Position numbers and translations under genes: made by a program. DNA of 64,000 nt from Promethearchaeia archaeon (GTDB lineage Archaea > Asgardarchaeota > Lokiarchaeia > Sigyniarchaeales > SOKP01), in assembly GCA_029856145.1 (NCBI GenBank), contig JAHQWK010000001.1:448001-512000 (forward strand). The letters are read 5' to 3'. The notes under the pieces were generated by a model, which saw only the letters and a list, made by a program, of their open reading frames with translations, had not been told where the DNA came from and did no database searches. The stretch's first letter is position 1, and every line of letters begins with the position of its first letter. Positions 29,385 to 39,914 of this stretch are shown piece by piece.

Positions 29385-31190
29385 ATGACTATTGATGAAA
29401 AAAAGATAATCAGAGCGCCTATAGTTTGTATTTTAGGACATATAGACCACGGAAAAACCACTATCCTGGATTATATTAGAGGTACTGTAGTCCAGCAAAG
29501 AGAAGCTGCAGGAATCACCCAACATATTGGTGCTTCTTATTTTCCAACTGGAGATATAAAAGAATTTTTAAGAAAATCTAAACAAGAATTTGCTGAAAAA
29601 GAAATTAAGCTTCCAGGATTATTAGTTGTAGACACACCAGGTCATGCAGCCTTTATGAATCTAAGAAAAAGAGGAGGTGCGGTAGCAGATATTGCAATTT
29701 TAGTTATAGACGTCACCGCTGGAACGATGCCTATAACTTGGGAATCTCTTCGGATTTTAAGAGAGAGAAAAACACCTTTTGTCATTGCTGCTAATAAAAT
29801 AGATAGAATTTCTGGATGGAAATCAAAAAAAGACGCTGATTTTCTCGATTCTTATAAATCACAAAAACCACATGTTAAAGATTTCTTAGATGAAAAAATA
29901 TTAGGGATAATTGGAAATTTCTTAGAGGAAGGGTCTAAAGGAATCGATAGATATGATAAAATAAAAGATTTTACTAAAAAAATAGCAATTGTACCCACTA
30001 GTGGAAAAACAGGTGAAGGAATTTCAACATTATTAATGATTTTAATGGGATTAGTCCAGCAATATTTAACTACAAATCTTAAATATTCTGAAGGATCTGC
30101 TAAAGGAGTTGTGTTAGAAGTTAAAAAGGAGAAAGGTCAAGGAAAAACAATAGATGTCCTTATATACGATGGTCTTATTAATAAAGGTGACGAGTTTATT
30201 GTTGGGGGATTAGAAAAACCTATTAAATCAAAAGTAAGAGCACTATTAATTCCTAAACCTTTAGATGAAATACGAGACCCTAGACAAAAGTTTGATTCTG
30301 TTGATGTTATTAGTGCTGCTGCTGGTTTTAAAATTCTTGCTCCAAATATAGACGATGTTGTAGCTGGGTCTCCATTTAGAGGCATTTTAGATCCCTCAGA
30401 AGAGGAAGATGTATATAGAGAAGTTGAATCTGAAGTAGAAAGTATTAGGATAAAAACTGATAAAGCGGGAGTTGTCTTAAAAGCAGATACTTTAGGTTCA
30501 CTAGAAGCTCTCGAAAATCACTTTACCAAGAATGGTGTAAAAATCAGTATTGCTGATGTTGGACCAATAAAAAAAGAAGACATAATTAATGCTAACATTG
30601 TTAAACAATTAGACCCATATTCTGCAACTGTTCTAGGATTTAATGTTCCTATATTACCTGAAGCTAATGAACAAGCTATTAAAGATAATATAAGAATTTT
30701 CACGAATAATGTGATATATCGATTATTAGAAGATTATATCGAATATGCAGAAACGAGAAAAGCAGAAGATACAGCTAAAGGGTTAAGTGAACTTACATTA
30801 CCTGCAAAAATGAAAATGTTTCCGGATTTTATATTTCGAAATTCAGATCCCGCTGTTTTTGGTGTATATGTTGAAGCTGGGACATTATACCCAAAAGTCC
30901 AATTAATAACTGATAAGGGTAAAAAGGTTAGAAGAGTACATCAAATTCAAGACAAAGGGCAAACGCTCGAAAAAGCACCTAAAGATTCAGAAGTCGCAAT
31001 CTCTATTCGCGGAATTGAAATTGGTCGAGATATAGAAAAAGATGAAACACTATTTGTTAATGTTCCAGAATCTCATGTTAGGCAATTAATGGGAAAGTTT
31101 ATAGATGAACTTTCTACAGATCAAAAACAAGCTTTAAGAGAATTCATTACTTTAATGAGAACCCATACTCATCCTTGGTGGGGAATGTAA
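29385..31190 (+). CDS. infB: Translation initiation factor aIF5B (IF-2)
   Basis: R.PIVCILGHIDHGKTT, GITQHIGA, DTPGH, KADTLGSLEAL. Confidence 0.96.
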   Translation: MTIDEKKIIRAPIVCILGHIDHGKTTILDYIRGTVVQQREAAGITQHIGASYFPTGDIKEFLRKSKQEFAEKEIKLPGLLVVDTPGHAAFMNLRKRGGAVADIAILVIDVTAGTMPITWESLRILRERKTPFVIAANKIDRISGWKSKKDADFLDSYKSQKPHVKDFLDEKILGIIGNFLEEGSKGIDRYDKIKDFTKKIAIVPTSGKTGEGISTLLMILMGLVQQYLTTNLKYSEGSAKGVVLEVKKEKGQGKTIDVLIYDGLINKGDEFIVGGLEKPIKSKVRALLIPKPLDEIRDPRQKFDSVDVISAAAGFKILAPNIDDVVAGSPFRGILDPSEEEDVYREVESEVESIRIKTDKAGVVLKADTLGSLEALENHFTKNGVKISIADVGPIKKEDIINANIVKQLDPYSATVLGFNVPILPEANEQAIKDNIRIFTNNVIYRLLEDYIEYAETRKAEDTAKGLSELTLPAKMKMFPDFIFRNSDPAVFGVYVEAGTLYPKVQLITDKGKKVRRVHQIQDKGQTLEKAPKDSEVAISIRGIEIGRDIEKDETLFVNVPESHVRQLMGKFIDELSTDQKQALREFITLMRTHTHPWWGM

Positions 31191-31197
31191 AATCCTT

Positions 31198-32094
31198 TTA
31201 TTTATTTTCTAGTTCTTCTTTTAGAAATCCTTCAATCTCTCCTAATTCTTCTTCATCTAGCGGTTTTATTTTTGGATGACGTATTAAATCTTTAATATGT
31301 TTAAAATATTTTAGAGCTTCTTTATCCTTACCTTTATCTTTCAGATCTAAACCAATATAAATAAAACTCCATCGATACCATGCAGAGTGTCTAGGGGTAA
31401 AATCAGTAATATCGATATCAAAATCACGAAATTTTTCTATATAGTTTATAGATTCTTCAATAAAAGATATATCATTCAATACTAAGTTATGCCCTAATAT
31501 TATTACTTTTGTATCAAAATTACAGTAATTTTGAAGCGTAATTAAATATCTGTCGATTCTATGCCATGTTAAAAAAGGTAATGGATCAACTAGGTTGTCT
31601 CCAACATATAAAACTTTATCTAGTTGATCGTAACAACTAGCAGAGTCTTCTGAATGCCCTGGGCTATAGAAGAATTCCACATTATCTTGAGGAAACACCA
31701 TTCTTTCTTGAAAAATAATAGTAGGATATGCAATACTTTTATCTTTTAGTCTGGCTTTTTTTTCTTTTTTGATTCTTTCCATTGTTTGTACCATGTTTGC
31801 CCGACATGATATATGACTAATGATCTGAGCAGTTTCAAATACACCATTGCCTCCAATATGATCCATATGAAAGTGTGAATTAAATATTATGATCGGTTTT
31901 GAAAGAAGATTTTTATCTTTTAAGTAATCCTTAAGCATAATCATCTGTTCTTTCTCTATACCCGTATCACAGATAAAAAGGTGATTTTTTCCATTTATAA
32001 CATAAATCTGAATTGACATTGGAACTTGAGGATATGGAATAAAATCTGGAAATGTAAACAGAAAACCTCTACTTCCTATTTTTTGTACTTTCAT
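31198..32094 (-). CDS. Metallo-beta-lactamase-fold hydrolase
   Basis: SHFHMDHIGGN, PGHS.D, VGD, GH; ATG 32094 preferred. Confidence 0.85.
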   Translation of the reverse strand: MKVQKIGSRGFLFTFPDFIPYPQVPMSIQIYVINGKNHLFICDTGIEKEQMIMLKDYLKDKNLLSKPIIIFNSHFHMDHIGGNGVFETAQIISHISCRANMVQTMERIKKEKKARLKDKSIAYPTIIFQERMVFPQDNVEFFYSPGHSEDSASCYDQLDKVLYVGDNLVDPLPFLTWHRIDRYLITLQNYCNFDTKVIILGHNLVLNDISFIEESINYIEKFRDFDIDITDFTPRHSAWYRWSFIYIGLDLKDKGKDKEALKYFKHIKDLIRHPKIKPLDEEELGEIEGFLKEELENK

Positions 32095-32286
32095 AAATAC
32101 GAAAAATATAATGTCAATATATACTTTTATCATTAGCATTTCAATATTCAAATAATTAAGTTAGGAGAAGTTTTAGTTTATAATTAAAATGAATTTGTAG
32201 ATTTATTTCATTTAGAAGTTATTTTATTATTTTGAATCTTTACCAATCATGTAAGAAATAAAAAAAACATTGTACTCAATTTTTCT

Positions 32287-33744
32287 ATGACTAAAATTAA
32301 TAATATTTTAAGTGAAGCATTAAAAGAAATTACCCCTACTCCAGAAGAAATAATTCTAATTAAAAATATCTCTGAGAAAATAAAGAGGGTATTACATAAA
32401 AAAGCAATAGAATTAGATATTAATTATACAAAAATAGAACCTCAAGGATCAACTGGAATCAAACAAACACAGTTAAAAAATGATTTTGATATTGATCTTT
32501 TTATTGGATTAGATTATAACCAGTATAAACCTAAATATGAAGGTTTGAGTAAAAGTAAATTAAGAAAAGAGTCAAAAAAAGATTTTTTAGCACTATGTAA
32601 CAATTGGATTCTACAAAGTTTGACTTTAGATGAATTCCATAATCCTCGTCTCTTATACGCAGAACATCCATATGTAACGGTAGATTACCTTTTAGATGAT
32701 ATTAAAGTGAAAATTGATATCGTTTTATATTTTGTTCTAGATTTAGAATTCATTAAAAAGAATGGTCCTATCACTGCAGTTGATAGATCTCCTTGGCATG
32801 GATGTTTTGTAAGAGATGAATTAAATTCTGACCAAAAAAATGATGTAAGGCTTTTAAAACAGTTCTTTAAGTCTTGTTATAGTTATGGTGATAAGAGCCC
32901 AGTAGGAAAAGTAGGTTTCATAGGTTATAGCGCTGAGTTATTAATCTATTACTTTAATAATCTTATAAATCTATTTGAGAATTTTAATGAGTTGAACAAA
33001 AAACCACTAGATTACTATAAAAGAAATGAGAAGGAATTAAGTAAAATTATCCATTTTCAAAATGATTATCTCATTATCATAGATCCGATCGATAAAAATA
33101 GAAATGTTGCTTCTGCAATATCTGAAAAAGCATATAAATATTGTAATCAGAAAGTTAGTGAATTTTTAAAACAACCAAGTCCAGAATTTTTTATCATTAA
33201 ACCGATTCCTGAAGCAGATTTATCAAATAAAGAAGACGTAATGCTGTCAAAAATCTATATTATTGAATTACTAAATACTGATTTTAAAGTTCACTATACT
33301 ATCAACAGAGACAAATTATATTCTTTAGGAGAAAGTATTAAAGCTAATGGAGAAAGGGAATTTTCTCATGCTGATCGCTTTGGGAAAATTATATTTGAAG
33401 TATATTTCGAAGAAGAGAAGAACCAGTATAATCTAGCTATTTTTTGTGAAAAAACTAATATCTCCAAGACTTATATTCGTAAAGGTCCCCCAATTACAGA
33501 AGAAACACATACCATTAATTTTAAGAAAAAAAATCCAGATTATTTTGAAAAAGAAGGTTCCTTGTATGTAGAAACTCAAAGAGAATTTAATAATTTCTCT
33601 AAATTTTTAAATCAATTTCTTAAGAATAAAATTCCTGATAATTTTAACGTTGTCAATATATCAAACGCGTTTCATACAGTAAGTTCTTCAGGAAAAAAAG
33701 CCATAAATATATTGAAAAATATTATTCTACCGTTCTATATCTAA
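32287..33744 (+). CDS. cca: Archaeal (class I) CCA-adding enzyme
   Basis: GS...T.L..DIDLF, YAEHPYV, AVDRSP.H, RLLKQF, GF.GY..EL, DPID..RNVASA. Confidence 0.92.
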   Translation: MTKINNILSEALKEITPTPEEIILIKNISEKIKRVLHKKAIELDINYTKIEPQGSTGIKQTQLKNDFDIDLFIGLDYNQYKPKYEGLSKSKLRKESKKDFLALCNNWILQSLTLDEFHNPRLLYAEHPYVTVDYLLDDIKVKIDIVLYFVLDLEFIKKNGPITAVDRSPWHGCFVRDELNSDQKNDVRLLKQFFKSCYSYGDKSPVGKVGFIGYSAELLIYYFNNLINLFENFNELNKKPLDYYKRNEKELSKIIHFQNDYLIIIDPIDKNRNVASAISEKAYKYCNQKVSEFLKQPSPEFFIIKPIPEADLSNKEDVMLSKIYIIELLNTDFKVHYTINRDKLYSLGESIKANGEREFSHADRFGKIIFEVYFEEEKNQYNLAIFCEKTNISKTYIRKGPPITEETHTINFKKKNPDYFEKEGSLYVETQREFNNFSKFLNQFLKNKIPDNFNVVNISNAFHTVSSSGKKAINILKNIILPFYI

Positions 33745-33767
33745 AATTCCATAAGCTTCAAGGATTA

Positions 33768-33801
33768 AAATAATAACATTGTAAATAATAACATTATAAA
33801 T
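33768..33801. repeat. 15-bp-period tandem repeat upstream of the EF-2 paralog
   Basis: AAATAATAACATT at 33768-33780 and 33783-33795. Confidence 0.5.
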
Positions 33802-33931
33802 TTGTACTTATCGTAAAATGGTATAGATTAGTGATTTATAGCTGAAATTCAAAAAATTTTTATGATTTCCCGAATTCTATTCTTCAATTATATCATGAAT
33901 TTAATTAGAAATTTATACAAGTGAATTATTT

Positions 33932-36184
33932 ATGGTTAAAGTTAAAAACCCAGACGAAATCGCTAAACTGGTTACTTCTGGTTCATACGAAAAGAAAAGG
34001 ATTTTTAGTATCACAGCTCACATTGACCACGGCAAAACTACTGCAACTGATTATCTTCTACGTAGAGCGGGACTAATGCGACCTGAAGACGCAGGTCAGC
34101 TTCAAATGACTGATTCAGATGATGAAGAACAAGAGAGAGGAATCACAATCTTTACTTCTGTAGTACTCCTTGCATTTAATGATTCAAGAAAACCAGATGA
34201 CGAAGAACCTTATATTATCCAACTTAATGATACTCCCGGTCATATCAGTTTTACAGGGGAAGTATCTCGAGCCCTCAGAGGTTCAGACGGAGCTATTATC
34301 TTAGTAGACGCTCTTGAAGGAGTTATGACACAAACTGAAACTAATATTAGATTGTCTGTTGGTGAAGAATTTTGTAAGCCTGTTCTATTTATCAATAAAG
34401 TTGACCGTCTAATTAGTGAACTTAAATTAAGTCCCCAGCAGACCTTTGAAAAAATCGATAAAATCACAAGAGAGGTTAATGAGTTAATTAAAAAAGTAAG
34501 GCCCGAAGGATCAGATTGGAGCATTGATTTTGCTAAAAATTCCGTAGCTGTTGGCTCAGCTAAACATGGATGGGGTTTTACTTATGAAATTTTAATTGAA
34601 AATGGTTTGAAACCTCAAGATGTTTTTGCGAAATATAATGAAGGAGATATCCAGTGGTTAAGAGATAATTTACCTTTGGATGAGCCTATGTTAAGAATGA
34701 TTGTAGACCATCTTCCTGATCCTATTACAGCCTCTAAATATAGAATCCCTCATATATGGGGAGGTGACCTAAATTCCGAATTAGGTAAAGCACTTCAGAA
34801 TAGTGATTCAAACGGACCACTTTACGGAATGATTACAAAAATTTTTCTTGACCCAAAGAGGAACTATCAACCTACACTTATAGGTCGGGTTTTTTCGGGT
34901 ACGTTTAATCAAACGGATTCAATTTATCTAATAAATAGTGGTACGAGCAATCGAGTGAAGAGATTAGGTGTTATGGAAATTACGGACATTTTAGACATTC
35001 CTAAGATCCCTGCAGGTAATTTATTTGCAATATTTGGTTTTATTTGCCCTTCTGGAGAGACTTTTATGTCGAACAATGACGTACCTAAAGATAAAGAAGA
35101 AAAGAAGAGACTGCCCTCTTTCGAGAAAATACAATATGCTTGTGAAGCAGTTGTCTCCAGAAGCATTAAACCAAAAGATCCGCATGAAATTGATAAATTA
35201 GACGATGTTGTAAGCAAATGGATTCAAGCCGACCCCACAGCAGAATATAGAAGGGACGAAGAATCAGGGGAATTTATTTTATCGGGAATCGATCCATTAC
35301 AAATCGAGATTTTAGTGAAAAGGATAAATAAGCAAGTTCAGATTAATATCGGAGAACCAATCATCGTTTATAGAGAAAAAATTACAGAAAAGAGTCCAAA
35401 TTATTATACTAAATCCGCAAACACGCATAATCGTATTTTATTACACCTAGAACCATTGGATGAAACTACTGAACGTCTAATCGAAACCGGTAAAGTTAAC
35501 GATTTACAAAATGATAAAGAAAGAGCTCAAATACTTAGAGAAGAAGCCGGATGGGATGCAAAAGAAGCAAGGCGTATTGTTGATGTATATCAGGGAAGTG
35601 CCCTTGTAAATGGTACTTCTGGATTACAGAGGTTTGATCGTGTTAAATCATATTTGAGTGCTGCATTTAGAGACTGGGTCGGCAATTGTATCATAGCAAA
35701 GGAACCCGCTACGGGAATTAAAGTAATATTTACAGACATGACTATACACGAAGATACCCGCCATACGTCTTATGGTCAGATTGCTGGAATGGCTTTTTCT
35801 GCTATGTCCTTAGCGATGTTGGATGCCGCCCCTCATCTTTTTGAACCAATTCAGAGAATAGATATTAAATCACCTCAAGGAACTGAAGGAAGTGTCACAG
35901 CTATCATAACCAAGCGAAGAGGTAGAATAACTAATGTTATTCCAGAAGGAGAATACGTGAGAATTCAAGGTCAGATTCCCGCAGCGGAGACAATTGGAAT
36001 CGCTGACGATATTAGAGGTTCAACTCAAGGGCGAGCGTTTTTTGGATACGAGTTTTTGGGCTTTGAGAAGGTACCTGCAAGTTTAGAGGAAGATCTTATA
36101 ATGGATATCCGAAAAAGAAAAAATATGCCATTAGAACTCCCAAATAGAAAGAGTTGGGAGCGGTTTATTTACAAACGGACCTAA
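33932..36184 (+). CDS. Elongation factor 2 paralog (aEF-2p type)
   Basis: AHIDHGKTT, EQERGITI, DTPGH, NKVD; diphthamide loop reads HEDTRHTS rather than HRG; not in an S12/S7 context. Confidence 0.88.
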   Translation: MVKVKNPDEIAKLVTSGSYEKKRIFSITAHIDHGKTTATDYLLRRAGLMRPEDAGQLQMTDSDDEEQERGITIFTSVVLLAFNDSRKPDDEEPYIIQLNDTPGHISFTGEVSRALRGSDGAIILVDALEGVMTQTETNIRLSVGEEFCKPVLFINKVDRLISELKLSPQQTFEKIDKITREVNELIKKVRPEGSDWSIDFAKNSVAVGSAKHGWGFTYEILIENGLKPQDVFAKYNEGDIQWLRDNLPLDEPMLRMIVDHLPDPITASKYRIPHIWGGDLNSELGKALQNSDSNGPLYGMITKIFLDPKRNYQPTLIGRVFSGTFNQTDSIYLINSGTSNRVKRLGVMEITDILDIPKIPAGNLFAIFGFICPSGETFMSNNDVPKDKEEKKRLPSFEKIQYACEAVVSRSIKPKDPHEIDKLDDVVSKWIQADPTAEYRRDEESGEFILSGIDPLQIEILVKRINKQVQINIGEPIIVYREKITEKSPNYYTKSANTHNRILLHLEPLDETTERLIETGKVNDLQNDKERAQILREEAGWDAKEARRIVDVYQGSALVNGTSGLQRFDRVKSYLSAAFRDWVGNCIIAKEPATGIKVIFTDMTIHEDTRHTSYGQIAGMAFSAMSLAMLDAAPHLFEPIQRIDIKSPQGTEGSVTAIITKRRGRITNVIPEGEYVRIQGQIPAAETIGIADDIRGSTQGRAFFGYEFLGFEKVPASLEEDLIMDIRKRKNMPLELPNRKSWERFIYKRT

Positions 36185-36263
36185 AATCATTTTTTATTGT
36201 TATTTTTTTTCATCTAAATTATATAAAGAAATTGTAGTGATCAATTATAATCAGATCTTATAA

Positions 36264-36533
36264 TCAATCTTCATCCTCTACAATAACTGCTGTTCCATCG
36301 TAAATATTGTCGTTACCTCTATATGTAAATCGAACATTAGTGATCGCATTAGCACCTAACTTATAGGCAATTTTTTTCAATTTATCTGGAGCATTAAAAG
36401 CCCATTTAGCATGTTTTTTAAAATCCGTAGCATCTTGTTTGATTTTTACCTTACATATTGTCTTAATAATCTTTTTTCCCGGGATATCATTAGTATCACT
36501 CATTATTATATCCTCCCACGCTTTTTTTCCCAT
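36264..36533 (-). CDS. YbjQ/UPF0145-like protein
   Basis: T.DIPGKKI, L...A..LGANAI.NVRF, YDGTAVIVE. Confidence 0.75.
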   Translation of the reverse strand: MGKKAWEDIIMSDTNDIPGKKIIKTICKVKIKQDATDFKKHAKWAFNAPDKLKKIAYKLGANAITNVRFTYRGNDNIYDGTAVIVEDED

Positions 36534-36703
36534 CTTAACACCACTTGTATAAATGGCTTTTCATATTTATTGTAATTAATCCTATTTTAAGAACTAAGAA
36601 TTTTTAAACATTGTTGTCAACAAGATTGATTTAAAGAAAAAAATTAACCAAAAATCATGCAAAAAAACTAGTAAGAACGCTAATAAGAGTAACTAGCTCA
36701 AGT

Positions 36704-37276
36704 TTAAGAGAAACTTGAGATTTTAGCAATCATATATAGTTTTTTGACAAGTGTTTTAAATGCATCAGTTACTCCTTGGCCGGTCAAAGCACTCGTTTTA
36801 TAATATCCAATAAATCTATTAGCTTTAACAAATTGTTCAACATTTGCATCAGAAGTTGTCACATTTGGATTTGATGCTAAATCTCCATCGTCAACTAAAT
36901 CCACTTTATTTCCAAATAGAATTATTGGAATATTCCCACAATGCTTTTTTAGATCATCAAGCCATCTGCTAACATGAGTGTAACTTTCAATTTGTTCTGG
37001 AGCGTGAGAAAAGACAATTATCGCTCCACTACTTCCTATATAAAATCTTTGACGTAATGCCTGAAATGAATCTTGACCTGCAATATCCCAAAGAAACAAT
37101 CCCACATTCTCCCCCTCAATTACTTCTTCATATTTAGAGAATTGTGTTCCCAAGGTTGATATATACTCCTTCTGAAAGGATCCTTGAGTATATTTTTTAA
37201 TTAAAGATGTTTTCCCTACAGCTCCGTCCCCGATTATGACAACCTTGAATCCATATCCTTTTTCATCGTCACTCAT
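36704..37276 (-). CDS. Ras-superfamily small GTPase (Rab/Rho-like), paralog 1
   Basis: GDGAVGKTS, STLG, WDIAGQ, GNKVD, TSAL; ATG 37276 preferred. Confidence 0.93.
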   Translation of the reverse strand: MSDDEKGYGFKVVIIGDGAVGKTSLIKKYTQGSFQKEYISTLGTQFSKYEEVIEGENVGLFLWDIAGQDSFQALRQRFYIGSSGAIIVFSHAPEQIESYTHVSRWLDDLKKHCGNIPIILFGNKVDLVDDGDLASNPNVTTSDANVEQFVKANRFIGYYKTSALTGQGVTDAFKTLVKKLYMIAKISSFS

Positions 37277-37493
37277 TTTATTTATCCATCCTTCTAAGTA
37301 CAATATCCCTTTTTTAAATAGTAATAATCAGATGTTTTAAATTTTTACAATACAATAATTAAAAGTAATTTTAAAGAATTATACTGATGTTTAGAATTAA
37401 AAGAATTATATTATCTCTATATTTTAAAATTGAATGAAGTCTAGTTTTGATTAATAGACAGATTAGATTATTATAAGAAGTAATTATTGATTT

Positions 37494-38048
37494 TTATAGT
37501 GTAGCTCGATGATATAATTTCCTCACCAATGTTTGAAAAGCTTCTATAACACCTTGACCTGTTAGGGCACTTGTTCTGAAATATTCACTAATATTGTGAT
37601 CTTGGGCAAATTTCTTAACATGAACATCTGAAGTTTCATAATTTGGGCTAGTAGCTAACGCATCCTGATCAACTAAATCAGCTTTATTTCCAAATAATAC
37701 TATTGGTATATTCCCGCACGCTTCCTTTATATTTGATAACCACTTATCAATATGACGATAAGTTTCGATTTCTTCAGGAGCAAGAGAAAAAACAATAATA
37801 GCACCACTACTTCCCTTATAAAATCTATCGCGTAAGGTATTAAATGATTCTTGACCCGCTAAATCCCATAAAAATAATTCAACCATTATTCCACTTAAAG
37901 TCTCTTTATATCTCGAAAATTGCATACCTAAAGTCGAAATATAATCTTTTTCAAACGTGTTTGTTGTATATCTTTTAATTAGCGAAGTTTTCCCTACAGC
38001 ACTATCCCCAACTATGGTTATCTTAAAGCCAAACGCTTTATCACTCAT
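37494..38048 (-). CDS. Ras-superfamily small GTPase (Rab/Rho-like), paralog 2
   Basis: GDSAVGKTS, STLG, WDLAGQ, GNKAD, TSAL. Confidence 0.93.
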   Translation of the reverse strand: MSDKAFGFKITIVGDSAVGKTSLIKRYTTNTFEKDYISTLGMQFSRYKETLSGIMVELFLWDLAGQESFNTLRDRFYKGSSGAIIVFSLAPEEIETYRHIDKWLSNIKEACGNIPIVLFGNKADLVDQDALATSPNYETSDVHVKKFAQDHNISEYFRTSALTGQGVIEAFQTLVRKLYHRATL

Positions 38049-38182
38049 TGTCTTAGATTAATATTTTTTTTATTATTTATTTTACTAATAGTAGAAATAA
38101 GATCTTTTAAGCCTTGCTAAAATATCAATAATAGTGTAGATTGATAAGACAATTAAATATTAATATAACAAAACTTTCTCGC

Positions 38183-38896
38183 TTAGACGTTAAACAGCTT
38201 AATTAATTGCTCAGTATTATCTACTAAAATATTAGGTTGATGTTTGCTTAATGTTTCTTTCTGAGCTAACCCACTTGCAACACACACCATTTTCACTTTT
38301 GCAGCTTTTCCCGCTTCTATATCGGTTGTCATATCTCCAATAAATATAGCTTCCGATGGGTTGATTTTCCACTTTTGTAGAATTTTAAGAATTCCTTCTG
38401 GATTTGGTTTAACTTCCGAAACATCGTTAAATCCTATAATTATACTAAAAAATTTTGTCAAATTAAACTTCTTTAAAACTTCCTCAGCATACTGGCTTTT
38501 ATTGTTTGTTAGAATAGCCATTTCCAACTTTTTATTGAAAAGATCTGATAATAATATATCTATTCCTTCAAAAATTGTAGATTCAGCTTCTTTATATTTA
38601 TTAAATTGATTAAATAAGAAAATTGCTGTTCTAATCTTTTTAAAAAAACTGATATCCTCTAAAAAATTCACTTTTAATAAGTCATATGAATTGAGCAGAA
38701 TCTTAGGTACGGGATAATTTTGGATTTCCTCAATTAGATGGGCAACTTCTTCCATTATTTCATTTCGATTAACCGTTAAGTTATATTTTTCAATAGTATC
38801 ATCAATCGCTTTCTTTATAGCCACTGTGATATCGTATATCGTTCCATCAAGATCCCATATTATCCCTTTATAATTTTCTATGCTAATTTTTTCCAT
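38183..38896 (-). CDS. HAD-superfamily hydrolase (phosphoglycolate phosphatase-like)
   Basis: WDLDGT, LTN, KPNP, IGD...DIEAG. Confidence 0.9.
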   Translation of the reverse strand: MEKISIENYKGIIWDLDGTIYDITVAIKKAIDDTIEKYNLTVNRNEIMEEVAHLIEEIQNYPVPKILLNSYDLLKVNFLEDISFFKKIRTAIFLFNQFNKYKEAESTIFEGIDILLSDLFNKKLEMAILTNNKSQYAEEVLKKFNLTKFFSIIIGFNDVSEVKPNPEGILKILQKWKINPSEAIFIGDMTTDIEAGKAAKVKMVCVASGLAQKETLSKHQPNILVDNTEQLIKLFNV

Positions 38897-38924
38897 ATTA
38901 AAGTCTATTAATATTTAGAACAAT

Positions 38925-38967
38925 TTTAATTATACGAATATCAATAATTTAATTATACAAATATCAA
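38925..38967. promoter_or_regulatory. Direct repeat in a divergent promoter
   Basis: TTTAATTATAC(G/A)AATATCAA twice (38925-38944, 38948-38967), 19/20 identical, 23-bp period. Confidence 0.45.
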
Positions 38968-38993
38968 GAAATTTTATTTAAAATATTTTTTTA

Positions 38994-39890
38994 ATGACAA
39001 TGAACGAAAACCAAGAAGAAGAAAGCGAAGAACAAACAATAGAAGAAAATCAATTGAAAGAAGATGATTTGGAAGCTTACCTAAGAGATATGAAAGCACT
39101 TGAATCAGATTTTTCAGATATGGAGGATCTAGACATGGATGAGCTTCAAGAGATACAAGACGCAATTGAGAAGGTTAAGGAGGGGGAAGAAATACATGAT
39201 GATGGCTTAGATAGCGATGGAATCCCTTCTGAAGAAATGCTTGTGGATGAATATAAAACTCAAGAAGAAGTTAAGGAAACCATGATCTCTGATTTTTCTG
39301 ACATGGATGAGATTGATTTTGATGAATTAAAAGAGATGCAAGAAGCCATTGAATCAGTAAAGCAAGAGGAAATAGAGGACTTAGCCACACCAGAAGGTGA
39401 AACTCAATACACTCAAGAAGTTTCTAAGGAATTAGAAGAAAGGATTAAGCAAGAGCTTTTAAAAAGAAAAAAACTAGAAGTAAAGGAAATTATTACACCT
39501 GAGAAGTTTTTAGATTATGTTAAAAATAGACGTGATAAGATATGGTACCATGCTCTTTATTATTTGGTTTTTAACGTTGAAGACTATATTGCTTCAAAAG
39601 CATTATTATATGACGTCTTAAAAGAAGTAACAAGCAAATCTCCAATTGATCCAATTCTCGAACACCAATTTTATTTTGGCTTGGGTTATCTTTTAAGGCT
39701 AACCTTGAATGATAGACAAGTTGTACGATTTCTAAGAGATGGAAAGTTTAAAATTAATGTTAATATTGATATTTTAAAAGAAATATTAGAAGAAGCTGGG
39801 GAACCAATAAGTACAAGGCCAGTTATAAAAGAAGAAGAAAAGAAAAAAATGTTTCAGGATTTTTTAGATGATAATTTTCTTGATGTCTAA
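38994..39890 (+). CDS. Hypothetical protein: acidic repeat N-terminus and putative winged-helix C-terminal domain
   Basis: Two SDFSDM..D.DEL.E.Q.AIE.VK repeats followed by a globular helix/beta domain. Confidence 0.7.
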   Translation: MTMNENQEEESEEQTIEENQLKEDDLEAYLRDMKALESDFSDMEDLDMDELQEIQDAIEKVKEGEEIHDDGLDSDGIPSEEMLVDEYKTQEEVKETMISDFSDMDEIDFDELKEMQEAIESVKQEEIEDLATPEGETQYTQEVSKELEERIKQELLKRKKLEVKEIITPEKFLDYVKNRRDKIWYHALYYLVFNVEDYIASKALLYDVLKEVTSKSPIDPILEHQFYFGLGYLLRLTLNDRQVVRFLRDGKFKINVNIDILKEILEEAGEPISTRPVIKEEEKKKMFQDFLDDNFLDV

Positions 39891-39914
39891 GTTTGAAATT
39901 TATTTTGTAAAAAG

